This document shows positions 1 through 9,037 of a stretch of 42,164 bases of DNA, piece by piece. Each line of letters opens with the position of its first letter. Position 1 is the first letter of the stretch. Source of the DNA: a virus (taxonomy: Duplodnaviria; Caudoviricetes); the IMG/VR virus record IMGVR_UViG_3300037488_000245, positions 1 to 42,164 of that record. One strand, given 5' to 3'. Made by a program: the position numbers and the translations under genes. Under the pieces are notes generated by a model. It was not told the DNA's origin, made no database searches, and worked only from the letters and a program-made list of their open reading frames with translations.

Positions 1-1
1 C

Positions 2-1339
2 TCCGGTCCCGGCCCACTTGAAGCCGTGTTTAAGTTTATTGTCAATTCATTCCATAAGGCTAAGGGTCGTAGACTATCTAGCTTGGAGTGTCACGACATT
101 TGCTGCGTCATTGCTCAGTCTGTCATCGTTGGTGGTGTTCGTCGCTCTGCTATGATCTCCCTCAGCGATCTAGAAGATCGTGAGATGGCTGATTGTAAGA
201 GCGGCAACTGGTGGCAGAACCACTCATACCGTGCCTTGGCAAACAACTCAGCTATTTATGCGGAGAAGCCAAGCCTTGGTAAGTTCATGGAAGAGTGGTC
301 ATCGCTATACAACTCTTTCAGCGGCGAGCGTGGCATCCTAAACCGTGAAGCATTGCAAACCGTATGCTCTCGCGTTGGTCGAGCGGTACCAGAGGGTGTC
401 TATCTTGGTACGAACCCATGCTCAGAGATTATCCTCCGACCCATGGAGTTCTGCAATCTATCAACAATTGTTGTTAGACCAAACGATAGCAAGCGTGACA
501 TTAGACGTAAGATTGAACAAGCTACCATCATCGGTACGGTTCAATCCAAGTTTACTTACTTCCCATACCTTCGTCCTGAATGGCAGAAGAACTGCGAAGA
601 AGAACGTCTTCTTGGTGTCAGCATGACTGGTATCTTTGATAATCTCTTTACGGCTGGTCAGACAAGCCCAATGGATCTCATTGGCTTCTTGCAAGACATC
701 CGTCAAGCAAGTCAGGATATCAACGTAGACTGGGCTAACAAGCTTAATACCGAACCAAGCAAGGCCATTACATGTGTCAAGCCTGAAGGCACCACATCAT
801 GCTTAGCTGGTTGTTCGTCAGGTATCCACCCACCATACGCACCCTATTACATTCGTCGTGTTCGTCTAGATAAGAAAGATCCGATGTATCATCTTATGAA
901 GGATCAAGGTGTTCCAGTCGAAGATTGTGTAAACAATCCCGACTCAACAGCCGTGTTCTCCTTCCCGATGAAGTCTTCTGTAGGCAGTAAGACAACACAA
1001 GATCTTGACGCTCAGACGCACTTAATTTTATGGCGTATCTACGCAGATTACTACTGCGAACATAAGCCATCAGTAACTATTAACTATACCGATGACGAGT
1101 TCTTGCGACTTGGTGCTTCGGTCTATGAGCAGTTTGATTATATTTCCGGCGTATCGTTCTTGCCTAAGGCAGAGCATACCTATGAACAAGCTCCGTTTGA
1201 ACCGATCACTGAGGAAGAATATAAGAACTTCCCCAATGTAGTGGTTGACTTCTCTCTTCTCAAGCAGTACGAGAAGGAAGACGAAACAAAAGCTTCACAC
1301 GAACCAGCATGTACTGCGGGAGGTTGCACAATCCTATGA
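2..1339 (+). CDS. nrdJ: Class II (adenosylcobalamin-dependent, monomeric RTPR-type) ribonucleotide reductase, 5'-truncated by the window edge
   Basis: Frame is open from nt 2 (SGPGPLEAVF...), so the GTG at 26 is not the true start. Motifs: VGGVRRSAMISL, RALANNS, active-site GTNPCSEI, RLLGVSMTG, TCVKPEGTTS, and a C-terminal redox Cys pair CTAGGC. Confidence 0.93.
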   Translation, partial: SGPGPLEAVFKFIVNSFHKAKGRRLSSLECHDICCVIAQSVIVGGVRRSAMISLSDLEDREMADCKSGNWWQNHSYRALANNSAIYAEKPSLGKFMEEWSSLYNSFSGERGILNREALQTVCSRVGRAVPEGVYLGTNPCSEIILRPMEFCNLSTIVVRPNDSKRDIRRKIEQATIIGTVQSKFTYFPYLRPEWQKNCEEERLLGVSMTGIFDNLFTAGQTSPMDLIGFLQDIRQASQDINVDWANKLNTEPSKAITCVKPEGTTSCLAGCSSGIHPPYAPYYIRRVRLDKKDPMYHLMKDQGVPVEDCVNNPDSTAVFSFPMKSSVGSKTTQDLDAQTHLILWRIYADYYCEHKPSVTINYTDDEFLRLGASVYEQFDYISGVSFLPKAEHTYEQAPFEPITEEEYKNFPNVVVDFSLLKQYEKEDETKASHEPACTAGGCTIL

Positions 1340-1551
1340 TTGAAGATGTACTAAAAACTAAATTAGATCGTGGTCTTCCGATGTCCGGTGCTGAGTTTTC
1401 TAGATTAGCTAGACAACTCTATAATATGATTACTGTTCTAGAGAAGGAACTAAATGAAATCAAAGTATCCCTACCTAGACCCGGAGTGGATTCCCCTACT
1501 GAGGGAAATGACCTCTTCGATAAACCTATACGAACCAAACCAAACAAGTGA
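1336..1551 (+). CDS. Small hypothetical protein (71 aa, MIEDVLKTKL...)
   Basis: ATG 1336 overlaps the nrdJ stop (ATGA), which is typical translational coupling. Helical N-terminal half. Overlaps the next ORF by 98 nt. Confidence 0.55.
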   Translation: MIEDVLKTKLDRGLPMSGAEFSRLARQLYNMITVLEKELNEIKVSLPRPGVDSPTEGNDLFDKPIRTKPNK

Positions 1552-1654
1552 ATTGCTGGCTCGCAATCTGGCATACCAAGCAGGAAAGCTGGATATCGTA
1601 TCTAAATTAGAAGCTATTGTTAGAAAGCAACAGGAGGACATGAAGAATGGCTGA
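1454..1654 (+). CDS. Small hypothetical phage protein (66 aa)
   Basis: AAGGA Shine-Dalgarno (SD) upstream of ATG 1454. LAYQAGKLDIVSKLE resembles the Y-x-A-G-x-x-x-V-V motif of small ORFs found before the portal in T7-like phages. Confidence 0.7.
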   Translation: MKSKYPYLDPEWIPLLREMTSSINLYEPNQTSELLARNLAYQAGKLDIVSKLEAIVRKQQEDMKNG

Positions 1655-2354
1655 TCCTTTTGCAATGTATAACGAAGCTATCGAACGCTTTACACAGGGT
1701 GGTAAGACTGACCTTGCCACCCTGTATGTGGCGACAGATAAACTAAGACAAACAACTTTTCTTGCACCTGAGACTACTCCGCTTATGAGTTTCTATCGTG
1801 ATGTGGTTGATCGCTATACACAAAAGAAAGAAGAAGCGCAGTTACAAGAAGAGTCGATGCGAGAATCAATCGAAAAGAAATACGCAGCGGCTGAAGCATC
1901 TTACCTTTCTGCTGCTAAAGCGCGATGGACTGAAGCTCAACCAACAGGTGGTAAACTTTCCAACTTTTTGGCTCAGCAAGAAAGAAAAGAAAAACTAAAG
2001 CAAATAAACGAAGCTAAAACAATTGCTGAGTTTAAAGCATTAGTTCCCGGCTTCACCCTCGCAAGCACGTCTCCCTTACTCTCTAATACCGGAGAACGAA
2101 AATCTGCAAAGGACGTTTATAAAGCAACGTCAAAAAAAGATTTTGGTAAGTATGCTGCATCTCTAACCGATATTGAAGTCTTTGGTTCTCAAGCTACAAG
2201 CGCAGCGGGATCTCTGGAAGCAGAGCGTTTAAAACTATCTAAAGAAAACGAGCGTAGACAACGTGAGTTTATTGAAACAAAACAAAAACTTTTAGAAAGT
2301 GCCGAAGCGATTAGTCGCGCTAAGCGACCAGCGTATACTGAACGGCCACTGTAA
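1647..2354 (+). CDS. Hypothetical coiled-coil protein (235 aa)
   Basis: GGAGG SD at 1633-1637, overlap with the previous stop, helical E/K/A-rich composition. Confidence 0.75.
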   Translation: MADPFAMYNEAIERFTQGGKTDLATLYVATDKLRQTTFLAPETTPLMSFYRDVVDRYTQKKEEAQLQEESMRESIEKKYAAAEASYLSAAKARWTEAQPTGGKLSNFLAQQERKEKLKQINEAKTIAEFKALVPGFTLASTSPLLSNTGERKSAKDVYKATSKKDFGKYAASLTDIEVFGSQATSAAGSLEAERLKLSKENERRQREFIETKQKLLESAEAISRAKRPAYTERPL

Positions 2355-2362
2355 GGAGCACT

Positions 2363-2695
2363 ATGGGCGGTAGTCCAAAAATATCTGGCGGTATGACGAA
2401 AGCAGAACAACAAGAACTGCTAGCGGAGGAACGTCAGTTTCAACAAGAACAAGAAGAACGTCGCCGTCTCATGGCAGAAGAAGAAGAAGATAGACGGTTG
2501 GCTAGAGAAGACGCGGAAAGACAAAGAGTCGCAGCCGAAGAAGCTGAAAAGATAGCTGCCGCGAATCGGGCCGAACAAGCTCTTATTGAAGAAGCTGAGG
2601 GACTTGAAGACCAAGAAGAAAAAGAGAAGGGTGTTATGGCCCTTAATTTCTTTGAAGCTTTGAATAAGGGCGTTACAACCCAGAGGCCAATGTGA
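2363..2695 (+). CDS. Small virion/assembly protein (position and MGG start like T7 gp6.7/gp7.3-type genes)
   Basis: AAGGAG SD, MGGSPK N-terminus, E/R-rich single helix, immediately upstream of the portal. Confidence 0.6.
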   Translation: MGGSPKISGGMTKAEQQELLAEERQFQQEQEERRRLMAEEEEDRRLAREDAERQRVAAEEAEKIAAANRAEQALIEEAEGLEDQEEKEKGVMALNFFEALNKGVTTQRPM

Positions 2696-4233
2696 ATACA
2701 TTAGCTGAACGATTCCAACGAATGCATGGAAATCGTCAGACGAAACTAAATAGAGCACGTTACTGCTCAGCTGTTACTGTTCCAACACTTCTTCCACCTG
2801 ATGGTTGGAGTGAGGGTATTTCTCTACCACAACCCTACTCTTCGGTAGGAAGTCGTGGTGTAACTGGTCTTGCAAGCAGAATCTTAAGTGCGTTAATGCC
2901 GCTTAATGATACACCATTCTTTAAGTTTCAACTTAAGGATGGAAGCCAAGCACCGACAGAACTGCAACAGTTTTTAGATACTCTGTCATTCCAAGTCTAT
3001 AACAAACTATCGTCTACCAATCTACGGGAAACGGTATATCAAGCACTCCAGCACCTTATCGTTACTGGAGATATCTTAATTGAGATGGATTCTAATTACT
3101 TCTTTACTCTGTATCGGTTGGATCAATATACGATTCAACGAGATATCATGGGAGAGGTTATCGAAGTTATTCATCTTGAATATCAGGTTGATGATCCAGA
3201 GTTTATTGATTACTCTTCTTACTCTGATATCGAACACCGCATGGGATATAAGACATACTATTGTCAGTATCAAAAAGCTGATGATGGTACTTGGTCCTAT
3301 GCAAAGGAAGACGCTGAAGGTAACACCATTGAAAGCGGAAGCTATACGGTTGTTCCTATGGCTGTTCTTCGTTGGTACTCTATCGCAGGAGAGAACTATG
3401 GTCGCTCCCATTGCGAAGATATCTTAGGTGATCTCAATACCCTAGAGGCATATACTAAGGCACAGATCGAAGGCATGGCAGCTGCCAGTGCTTTCTGGAT
3501 CGCCGTAGATCCTCAGGGTATTACAGAGGTTGACGATATTGCTGGTGTACGTAACGGATCTTTTGTTGCTGCTAAGGCTTCAGATATTTCCGTTATTTCC
3601 CCAGCCAGTACGATTCAACCACAAGTATCTGCCGCTGCTCAAGCTGTAGATAACATGCGTAGAGAAGTTGGTCAAGCCTTCTTAATGACTGGTCAAGCAA
3701 TTCCTTCTGGAGATCGCGTAACAGCGACTGCAGTAAGAATGATTGGTCAGGAACTTGAGACTGTACTTGGTGGTGCCTTCTCCTCAATCGCTCGAACACT
3801 GATGGAACCGATTGTAAAGCGTTGTATTGTTCAAATGCTAGAGGATAAACTTCTAGATGAACGCTTAACAGAACAATTCTTTGACAAAGATGGAACCATT
3901 TCAGTTAGTATCGTAACTGGTCTACAAGCATTAAGCAGAGACTCTGACTTACAAAAACTCATGCAGATGGGTGACATGGTTAGAAACCTACCACCGGATG
4001 CCTTAGCTACATTCCGGTGGGATGCTTATTCCAGTGCGTTGATTACAGCACTTGGCTTTGATGCAAGAAATTGGATCAAGTCACAAGATGAAATTATGCA
4101 GGAAAAAATGACCGCACAATCTATGCAAGTACAAGCTAATACAGCAAACGCTGTTGGTACTGGTATTGCCGCATCAGCGCAGGACTTGGCAAGTGCTGCT
4201 GTTCCCGCCCTTATGGAGCAACAACTACAATGA
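2692..4233 (+). CDS. Head-tail connector (portal), T7 gp8-like
   Basis: Motifs QPYSSVGSRGVTGLASR, PFFK, LRWYSIAGENYGRSHCE, RVTATAVR...ELETVLGG and IVTGLQALSR; 513 aa. GTG start overlaps the previous stop. Confidence 0.95.
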   Translation: MNTLAERFQRMHGNRQTKLNRARYCSAVTVPTLLPPDGWSEGISLPQPYSSVGSRGVTGLASRILSALMPLNDTPFFKFQLKDGSQAPTELQQFLDTLSFQVYNKLSSTNLRETVYQALQHLIVTGDILIEMDSNYFFTLYRLDQYTIQRDIMGEVIEVIHLEYQVDDPEFIDYSSYSDIEHRMGYKTYYCQYQKADDGTWSYAKEDAEGNTIESGSYTVVPMAVLRWYSIAGENYGRSHCEDILGDLNTLEAYTKAQIEGMAAASAFWIAVDPQGITEVDDIAGVRNGSFVAAKASDISVISPASTIQPQVSAAAQAVDNMRREVGQAFLMTGQAIPSGDRVTATAVRMIGQELETVLGGAFSSIARTLMEPIVKRCIVQMLEDKLLDERLTEQFFDKDGTISVSIVTGLQALSRDSDLQKLMQMGDMVRNLPPDALATFRWDAYSSALITALGFDARNWIKSQDEIMQEKMTAQSMQVQANTANAVGTGIAASAQDLASAAVPALMEQQLQ

Positions 4234-4880
4234 ATTCGATGAGAATTATCGGGGCTAATAACCCAAGAATTACTTCAGTAAATCGTATTACTTATGTGGT
4301 GGATCTTGACGAAGTAGTAGCTTATGTAAATAAGTCTACGTTGCTTGGTCGCTATCCAAACGCATACTATGCGTATGAAGCTGTTCGCGGTGCTTTAATG
4401 CGCTGTGGTTGTAGAGATCCATACAATGTATTTAAAATTCCAGTTAATGTAGTTACAAAGTACACTGTTGTACCCACTATCGCAACACAGTTTGCTCCTA
4501 CAATCGCAAATAATGTACGTACAGGTAGTAATTATCTTACATGGGTTACTAGATTTAGCGGCACGACTGCACCAATAGTGTTGGTTCCTCAGTTTACAAT
4601 AGATCCTAGAATTACTATATTGTATAGGGTATCTACCACAACAATTACAGCCCCAACCTCACCAAGCAATGCATTAGCTAGTGGTTTTGTACCCATCCAA
4701 TCAGGAGATCCAATTCTAATTCCAGCTCTTACAGCACCCAACGACCATCGCATTCGCTTTGCTCCATATTGGGATACTGGATCAGATTTTTCTACACCAG
4801 ATTGTGTTTTTACGCTGTACAACGCTATGGTACCAACACAATCTAACACCCCAACAACACTAAGCTTTACTAATGCTTAA
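4230..4880 (+). CDS. Hypothetical protein (216 aa), T/P/V-rich beta-type C-terminal half
   Basis: ATGA overlap with the portal stop. No recognisable family. Confidence 0.7.
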   Translation: MNSMRIIGANNPRITSVNRITYVVDLDEVVAYVNKSTLLGRYPNAYYAYEAVRGALMRCGCRDPYNVFKIPVNVVTKYTVVPTIATQFAPTIANNVRTGSNYLTWVTRFSGTTAPIVLVPQFTIDPRITILYRVSTTTITAPTSPSNALASGFVPIQSGDPILIPALTAPNDHRIRFAPYWDTGSDFSTPDCVFTLYNAMVPTQSNTPTTLSFTNA

Positions 4881-4892
4881 TTATGGAATACA

Positions 4893-6620
4893 ATGCCATT
4901 TATTACATATAATCCATTAACAGCAACCTCTCCAGCATATGAAGATGCTAGATCATATGCGGTTTGGGGTGTTTCTTGGTTTGGTACAGAAGATATAGCA
5001 CAAGTTGGTGGCCCAGCAACTAGACCGATTGTTCCACTGCTTGCACAGAGTGTAAACGGTAACCTTCGGCGTTCAACTTACCCTTCCAGTACTACACTTC
5101 CAGCTGAAGTTATAGCAAGTGTTGCTGAAATTAAAAACTGGCCTAAAGGAAGACGTGTAGTTATTCCTCAATATTGGTTAGATGACTCTCTTGGTGGAAA
5201 TGATATTGGTAACTATAACCACTATAAGACAACCGACCAAAAGATGTTAGCTAATGGAACCGCTGATGTTTATATCAACTCACCATTTCAACGATACCAT
5301 CAATTTGTAGATACAAAAGCAACTTGGGATTCTTGGGTAACACTCTGTGAAACCAATGGAGCAGAGTTTGATTATATTGTGGATGATCAAGAACAGTGGC
5401 GTGTTTGGGGATTAACGTCTAATCAGATAATTGCAGAGTCTCCAACACAGGGGTGGCAATCCCCTATAGATGCTAGAGTTCCATTCTCAATTATCAATGA
5501 CGCGAGGTTTGAAAACCCTGAACACGGAGATCCGCTTACTAAACAAAGTATGCGAGAATTGCTTGTCTATTATACAAACCTAGCTCGACCATCAGCACAA
5601 ATCGCCAATACAAAAGCAGCCGTAGAAACAGCATTTACCACTTGGAATAAAACAGTAACAAGTCCTGGTGTATCTCCATATAATCCAACACTCAGTCCTC
5701 TTTGGTGTGCGTGGAAAAGAACAATGTGGAGACTTCATCTTCGTCAGCGTATTGAATACATGCTGAAAGATACACTTAGTAAACCGTGGTTCACCGGATT
5801 CTATTCAGATTATGGAGTAATCGGTAGTGAACCATGGGAAACTCCATGGTTACTTCGTGCACAGCACCCTGACGCAAATGTAGTTGGACACCCACTTATC
5901 AGAGGTGCGCCTGAACTATATGGATATGCCTCTGGAATGGAAAACAATTACGGATATCATCCAACACCTACAACAGATACACAACGTTATGGTTTTATAA
6001 AGTTGTCTGAAGGTGGTACGAGAGCTGATGCTTTGGCGGGAGATGTTGGTCGTGTTATGTATTCTTTCATGGCAGATCTAGCTGAAGCTATTGAAACTTC
6101 AAGAGTAAATTATCGTAGAGATTGGTCTGCTTGGCTTGGATCACCAGAGTGGGATTATAATGTTTCTTATTATCAATACGATAATAGATATGCAAAAGAA
6201 CTATACTATCACGTAGCACTACTTGGTTGTAATCCTTTTATTATATTTCCCGGTGAAATGGAAAACGAAGCTACCAATCCCTATGACATTCCTTCAGCCG
6301 TCTTGAAGGAAATTAAACACATGACAGACAACGGTGGATTACGCCCATGTAATTCTGCTGGTAATCAGTATGCTGAACCTGATAGATATCTATTAAAGGA
6401 TTGTCTAACAAATAAGGGTATTATTACTGGTGGCACGATTCAACACGGAACAAAACGTGGACAAAATCTATGGAGAATTACCGTACCTCCTCATATTGTT
6501 GATGGCGGTGGTAATTCATTTATTAATCTAAACGGTACAAAATATCAAGTAACACCAGACACACGTGGTGCTTGGTATATTGGACCAACTAAACCAAACG
6601 TTACTATAACAACAAGTTAA
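4893..6620 (+). CDS. Hypothetical protein (575 aa), possibly a glycoside-hydrolase-like TIM barrel
   Basis: Long ORF rich in W/Y/G/P. FDYIVDDQE resembles the GH18-type D-x-x-x-x-D-x-E strand. The ORF is solid; the function is inferred. Confidence 0.6.
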   Translation: MPFITYNPLTATSPAYEDARSYAVWGVSWFGTEDIAQVGGPATRPIVPLLAQSVNGNLRRSTYPSSTTLPAEVIASVAEIKNWPKGRRVVIPQYWLDDSLGGNDIGNYNHYKTTDQKMLANGTADVYINSPFQRYHQFVDTKATWDSWVTLCETNGAEFDYIVDDQEQWRVWGLTSNQIIAESPTQGWQSPIDARVPFSIINDARFENPEHGDPLTKQSMRELLVYYTNLARPSAQIANTKAAVETAFTTWNKTVTSPGVSPYNPTLSPLWCAWKRTMWRLHLRQRIEYMLKDTLSKPWFTGFYSDYGVIGSEPWETPWLLRAQHPDANVVGHPLIRGAPELYGYASGMENNYGYHPTPTTDTQRYGFIKLSEGGTRADALAGDVGRVMYSFMADLAEAIETSRVNYRRDWSAWLGSPEWDYNVSYYQYDNRYAKELYYHVALLGCNPFIIFPGEMENEATNPYDIPSAVLKEIKHMTDNGGLRPCNSAGNQYAEPDRYLLKDCLTNKGIITGGTIQHGTKRGQNLWRITVPPHIVDGGGNSFINLNGTKYQVTPDTRGAWYIGPTKPNVTITTS

Positions 6621-6622
6621 TT

Positions 6623-7498
6623 ATGGAAAACACAGAACCAACGACTCCACAACCAGTGGAACAATCAGCGGTTTCAACACCTGTAGACCGTGAGGCCAAG
6701 GCGTTTGAAACACATATTACACAAAATCAAATCCCAGTACCAGACAACTTTAAGTCTGTAGGGGATTGGTTCAACGCCCTAAAGTCGGCCCAAAAGGAAT
6801 ACACCAAGGCTCGACAGGAAATCTCTGAACTTAAGAAACAAGTCCCACCGTCCACCCCCGTAGCTCAAGAGCAACCACCAGTAGCCCCAGCTCCTGTGAT
6901 TCCTGAGGAACTACGTATTCCGGATAAGCCAGTGGAGAAACCTGTATCTGAGACGCAGACAGAAATTCTCACTAAGGATGAATGGAACAAGTATTCAACC
7001 GAAGTTGCTGTTAACGGCACTCTATCTCCAGAGTCACGTGAAGCAATCAAGACGAAGACGAAGTTACCAGACTACGTAATTGAGGACTTCTTAGCGGGAC
7101 AGAAGGCCCGTCTGCAACAGGCATACGGCAGTGCAGCTGAGGTAGTTGGAGGAAAGGATCAACTTGCTAGAGTCTTTGACTGGGCAAGTAAGAATCTTTC
7201 CACCGATGACCAAAAGTCTATTAATGCCGCTTTGTCTACACCTTCTTGGGAGGTAGCTTTGCTTGGTCTTAATGCCAAATATCAGGCATCCATGTCAAAG
7301 AAGCCAACCGCAAATGAGCCAGTTAAAGCCCCATCCAATCAAAAGGTAGGAGCAACGACTGCAACTCCAACACTCAGTGCTTACACAAGTAAGGCTGAGT
7401 TCTATAAGGATAGACGCGATCCAAGATTCGCTTCTGATCCTCGATTCCGACAAGCGGTAGAAACCCGCATGTCAAAAACAAACTTTAATTCATTATAA
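6623..7498 (+). CDS. Capsid assembly scaffolding protein, T7 gp9-like
   Basis: VVGGKDQLARVFDWASKNLS, and a C-terminus DPRFASDPRFRQAVETRM matching the gp9 DPRY..D..YR..V motif. Directly upstream of the capsid gene. Confidence 0.9.
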   Translation: MENTEPTTPQPVEQSAVSTPVDREAKAFETHITQNQIPVPDNFKSVGDWFNALKSAQKEYTKARQEISELKKQVPPSTPVAQEQPPVAPAPVIPEELRIPDKPVEKPVSETQTEILTKDEWNKYSTEVAVNGTLSPESREAIKTKTKLPDYVIEDFLAGQKARLQQAYGSAAEVVGGKDQLARVFDWASKNLSTDDQKSINAALSTPSWEVALLGLNAKYQASMSKKPTANEPVKAPSNQKVGATTATPTLSAYTSKAEFYKDRRDPRFASDPRFRQAVETRMSKTNFNSL

Positions 7499-7512
7499 TA
7501 AGGATATAAAAC

Positions 7513-8925
7513 ATGCCAAGTACTGGACATGATGTAGGAGCAGACAATCTACCATACAGAACAGCAACCGATGCTGGTATCGCAGGCCCAATCGCTGGTG
7601 CTAATAAGCTCTGGCTTTCGGTTTGGTCCGGTGAAACCATTCACGCATACGACGAGTACAATATGTTCGAGTCTCTCGTTGATGCGAAGACCATCAGCAA
7701 CGGCGTTGCTATGGAGTTCCCAATCACTGGTACCGTCAGCCTCAACGCTGCATGGGTAGCTGGTAAGGAACTCGTTGGTTCAACCGACGATAGCAAGTCA
7801 GCAACCATCGCTGTCAAGCTTGACAAGCGTCCTATCGCTGCTCACTTCGAAATCGACAACGTAGACCTCATGCAAACTCAGTGGGAATTCCGCTCTGAGC
7901 TTGCACGTCAAGCTGGTCTCACCCTTGCCAACGCACGTGACAAGCAGATCGCTGCTTACGTTGCACGTGCAGCAGCAGAAGACCTTAACTACAACGACGC
8001 ATACGATCCAAGCGACAACGACCCAGCTATGATCAGCGGTAATGACCCACGCTCACTCCCAGCTGGTCCTGTATTCCTCAACGGTAAGTTCTTCGACCTC
8101 GGTCGCGCAGCTTCTCTTCCAGCAGATCGCGCAAACGCTGCTCTCGCTGCTCTCCAAGCTTGCGAAGACTTCGTTGTATACCTCCAGACCATCAATGCTC
8201 CAACAGATGGCGTTTACCTCGCCGTCGAGCCACGCGCATTCCAAGACATTCGCGCTCTTGGTGTAGCCCGTGCTGACATGACAAACGCTAACGTTGTTGC
8301 TACTAGTATGCAGCCAATGTTCGGCGGCGTTGCTGCTGCTGGCGGTCTCGGTGCAGCACTAACTCAGGGTATGAACGGTCTCACCGATTCACTTGAGTAC
8401 ATGGGTGTTCGCATCATCAAGAGCAACCACCTCCCAGTCAGCAACTACGCTTCTGGTAGCATCGGTGAAGATCGTTACTGCCTCACGTTCGGTGATGCGG
8501 GTATTTGCGGTCTCATCTTCCAGCGCAGCGCAGTCGCTGCCCTCAAGCTTCAGGGTCTCAAGGTTGATACCCTTGACGATATCCGTCGCAATACCACCTT
8601 CACTGTCGCAAGCATGATGGCTGGTACTGGCGTTCTCCGTCCAGAGTGCGCGGCTATTCTCGTTAAGCCAACAGCCACAAACACCCTCCTTAGTAGCGCA
8701 ACTACAGCGACCCTAGCCAACATTGTTGGTAGCACGAAGGCAAACGTAGATCTCTTCTTCGTTAACGCCGCCTCCACTGGAAACTCGGCCAGTGTCTGCA
8801 CCTCAGTTGCTGGCGCAGCTGCTGGTGGTACCGACGCGCACGTTGCAAGACGCGCTCTCCGTACCCTCATGGTAATGACCCGCGAAGTCGTAAACACCGC
8901 AAGCGGTGCGTTCCCCTACAACTAA
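7513..8925 (+). CDS. Major capsid protein, T7 gp10-like, with a C-terminal extension
   Basis: LWLSVWSGE, MEFPITG, RSELARQAGLTLANARDKQI, MGVRIIKSNHLP, GTGVLRPECA. TAAGGA SD. Visibly biased C-ending codons (ctc/ttc/aac/atc) consistent with high expression. Confidence 0.95.
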   Translation: MPSTGHDVGADNLPYRTATDAGIAGPIAGANKLWLSVWSGETIHAYDEYNMFESLVDAKTISNGVAMEFPITGTVSLNAAWVAGKELVGSTDDSKSATIAVKLDKRPIAAHFEIDNVDLMQTQWEFRSELARQAGLTLANARDKQIAAYVARAAAEDLNYNDAYDPSDNDPAMISGNDPRSLPAGPVFLNGKFFDLGRAASLPADRANAALAALQACEDFVVYLQTINAPTDGVYLAVEPRAFQDIRALGVARADMTNANVVATSMQPMFGGVAAAGGLGAALTQGMNGLTDSLEYMGVRIIKSNHLPVSNYASGSIGEDRYCLTFGDAGICGLIFQRSAVAALKLQGLKVDTLDDIRRNTTFTVASMMAGTGVLRPECAAILVKPTATNTLLSSATTATLANIVGSTKANVDLFFVNAASTGNSASVCTSVAGAAAGGTDAHVARRALRTLMVMTREVVNTASGAFPYN

Positions 8926-8977
8926 TTAGTGTAGGATACTTCTATTACTTTTGTAATGGATGGGTGATCATATATCT

Positions 8978-9022
8978 AGCCGGGAGTCCTCGAAAGGGGA
9001 CTTCCGGTTTTTTTTTCTTTTT
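8978..9022 (+). terminator. Rho-independent terminator after the capsid gene (T-phi equivalent)
   Basis: Stem CCGGGAGTCCTC-GAAA-GGGGACTTCCGG (8980-9007, two G-U pairs) followed by a long T run. Confidence 0.92.
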
Positions 9023-9037
9023 AGAAAGGTAAACAAC

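Noticed and set aside
8960-9037. N-terminal extension of tail tubular protein A in the ORF track
   Set aside because: It would translate the terminator and poly-T (FFFLF). The SD and the gp11 motif support ATG 9038.
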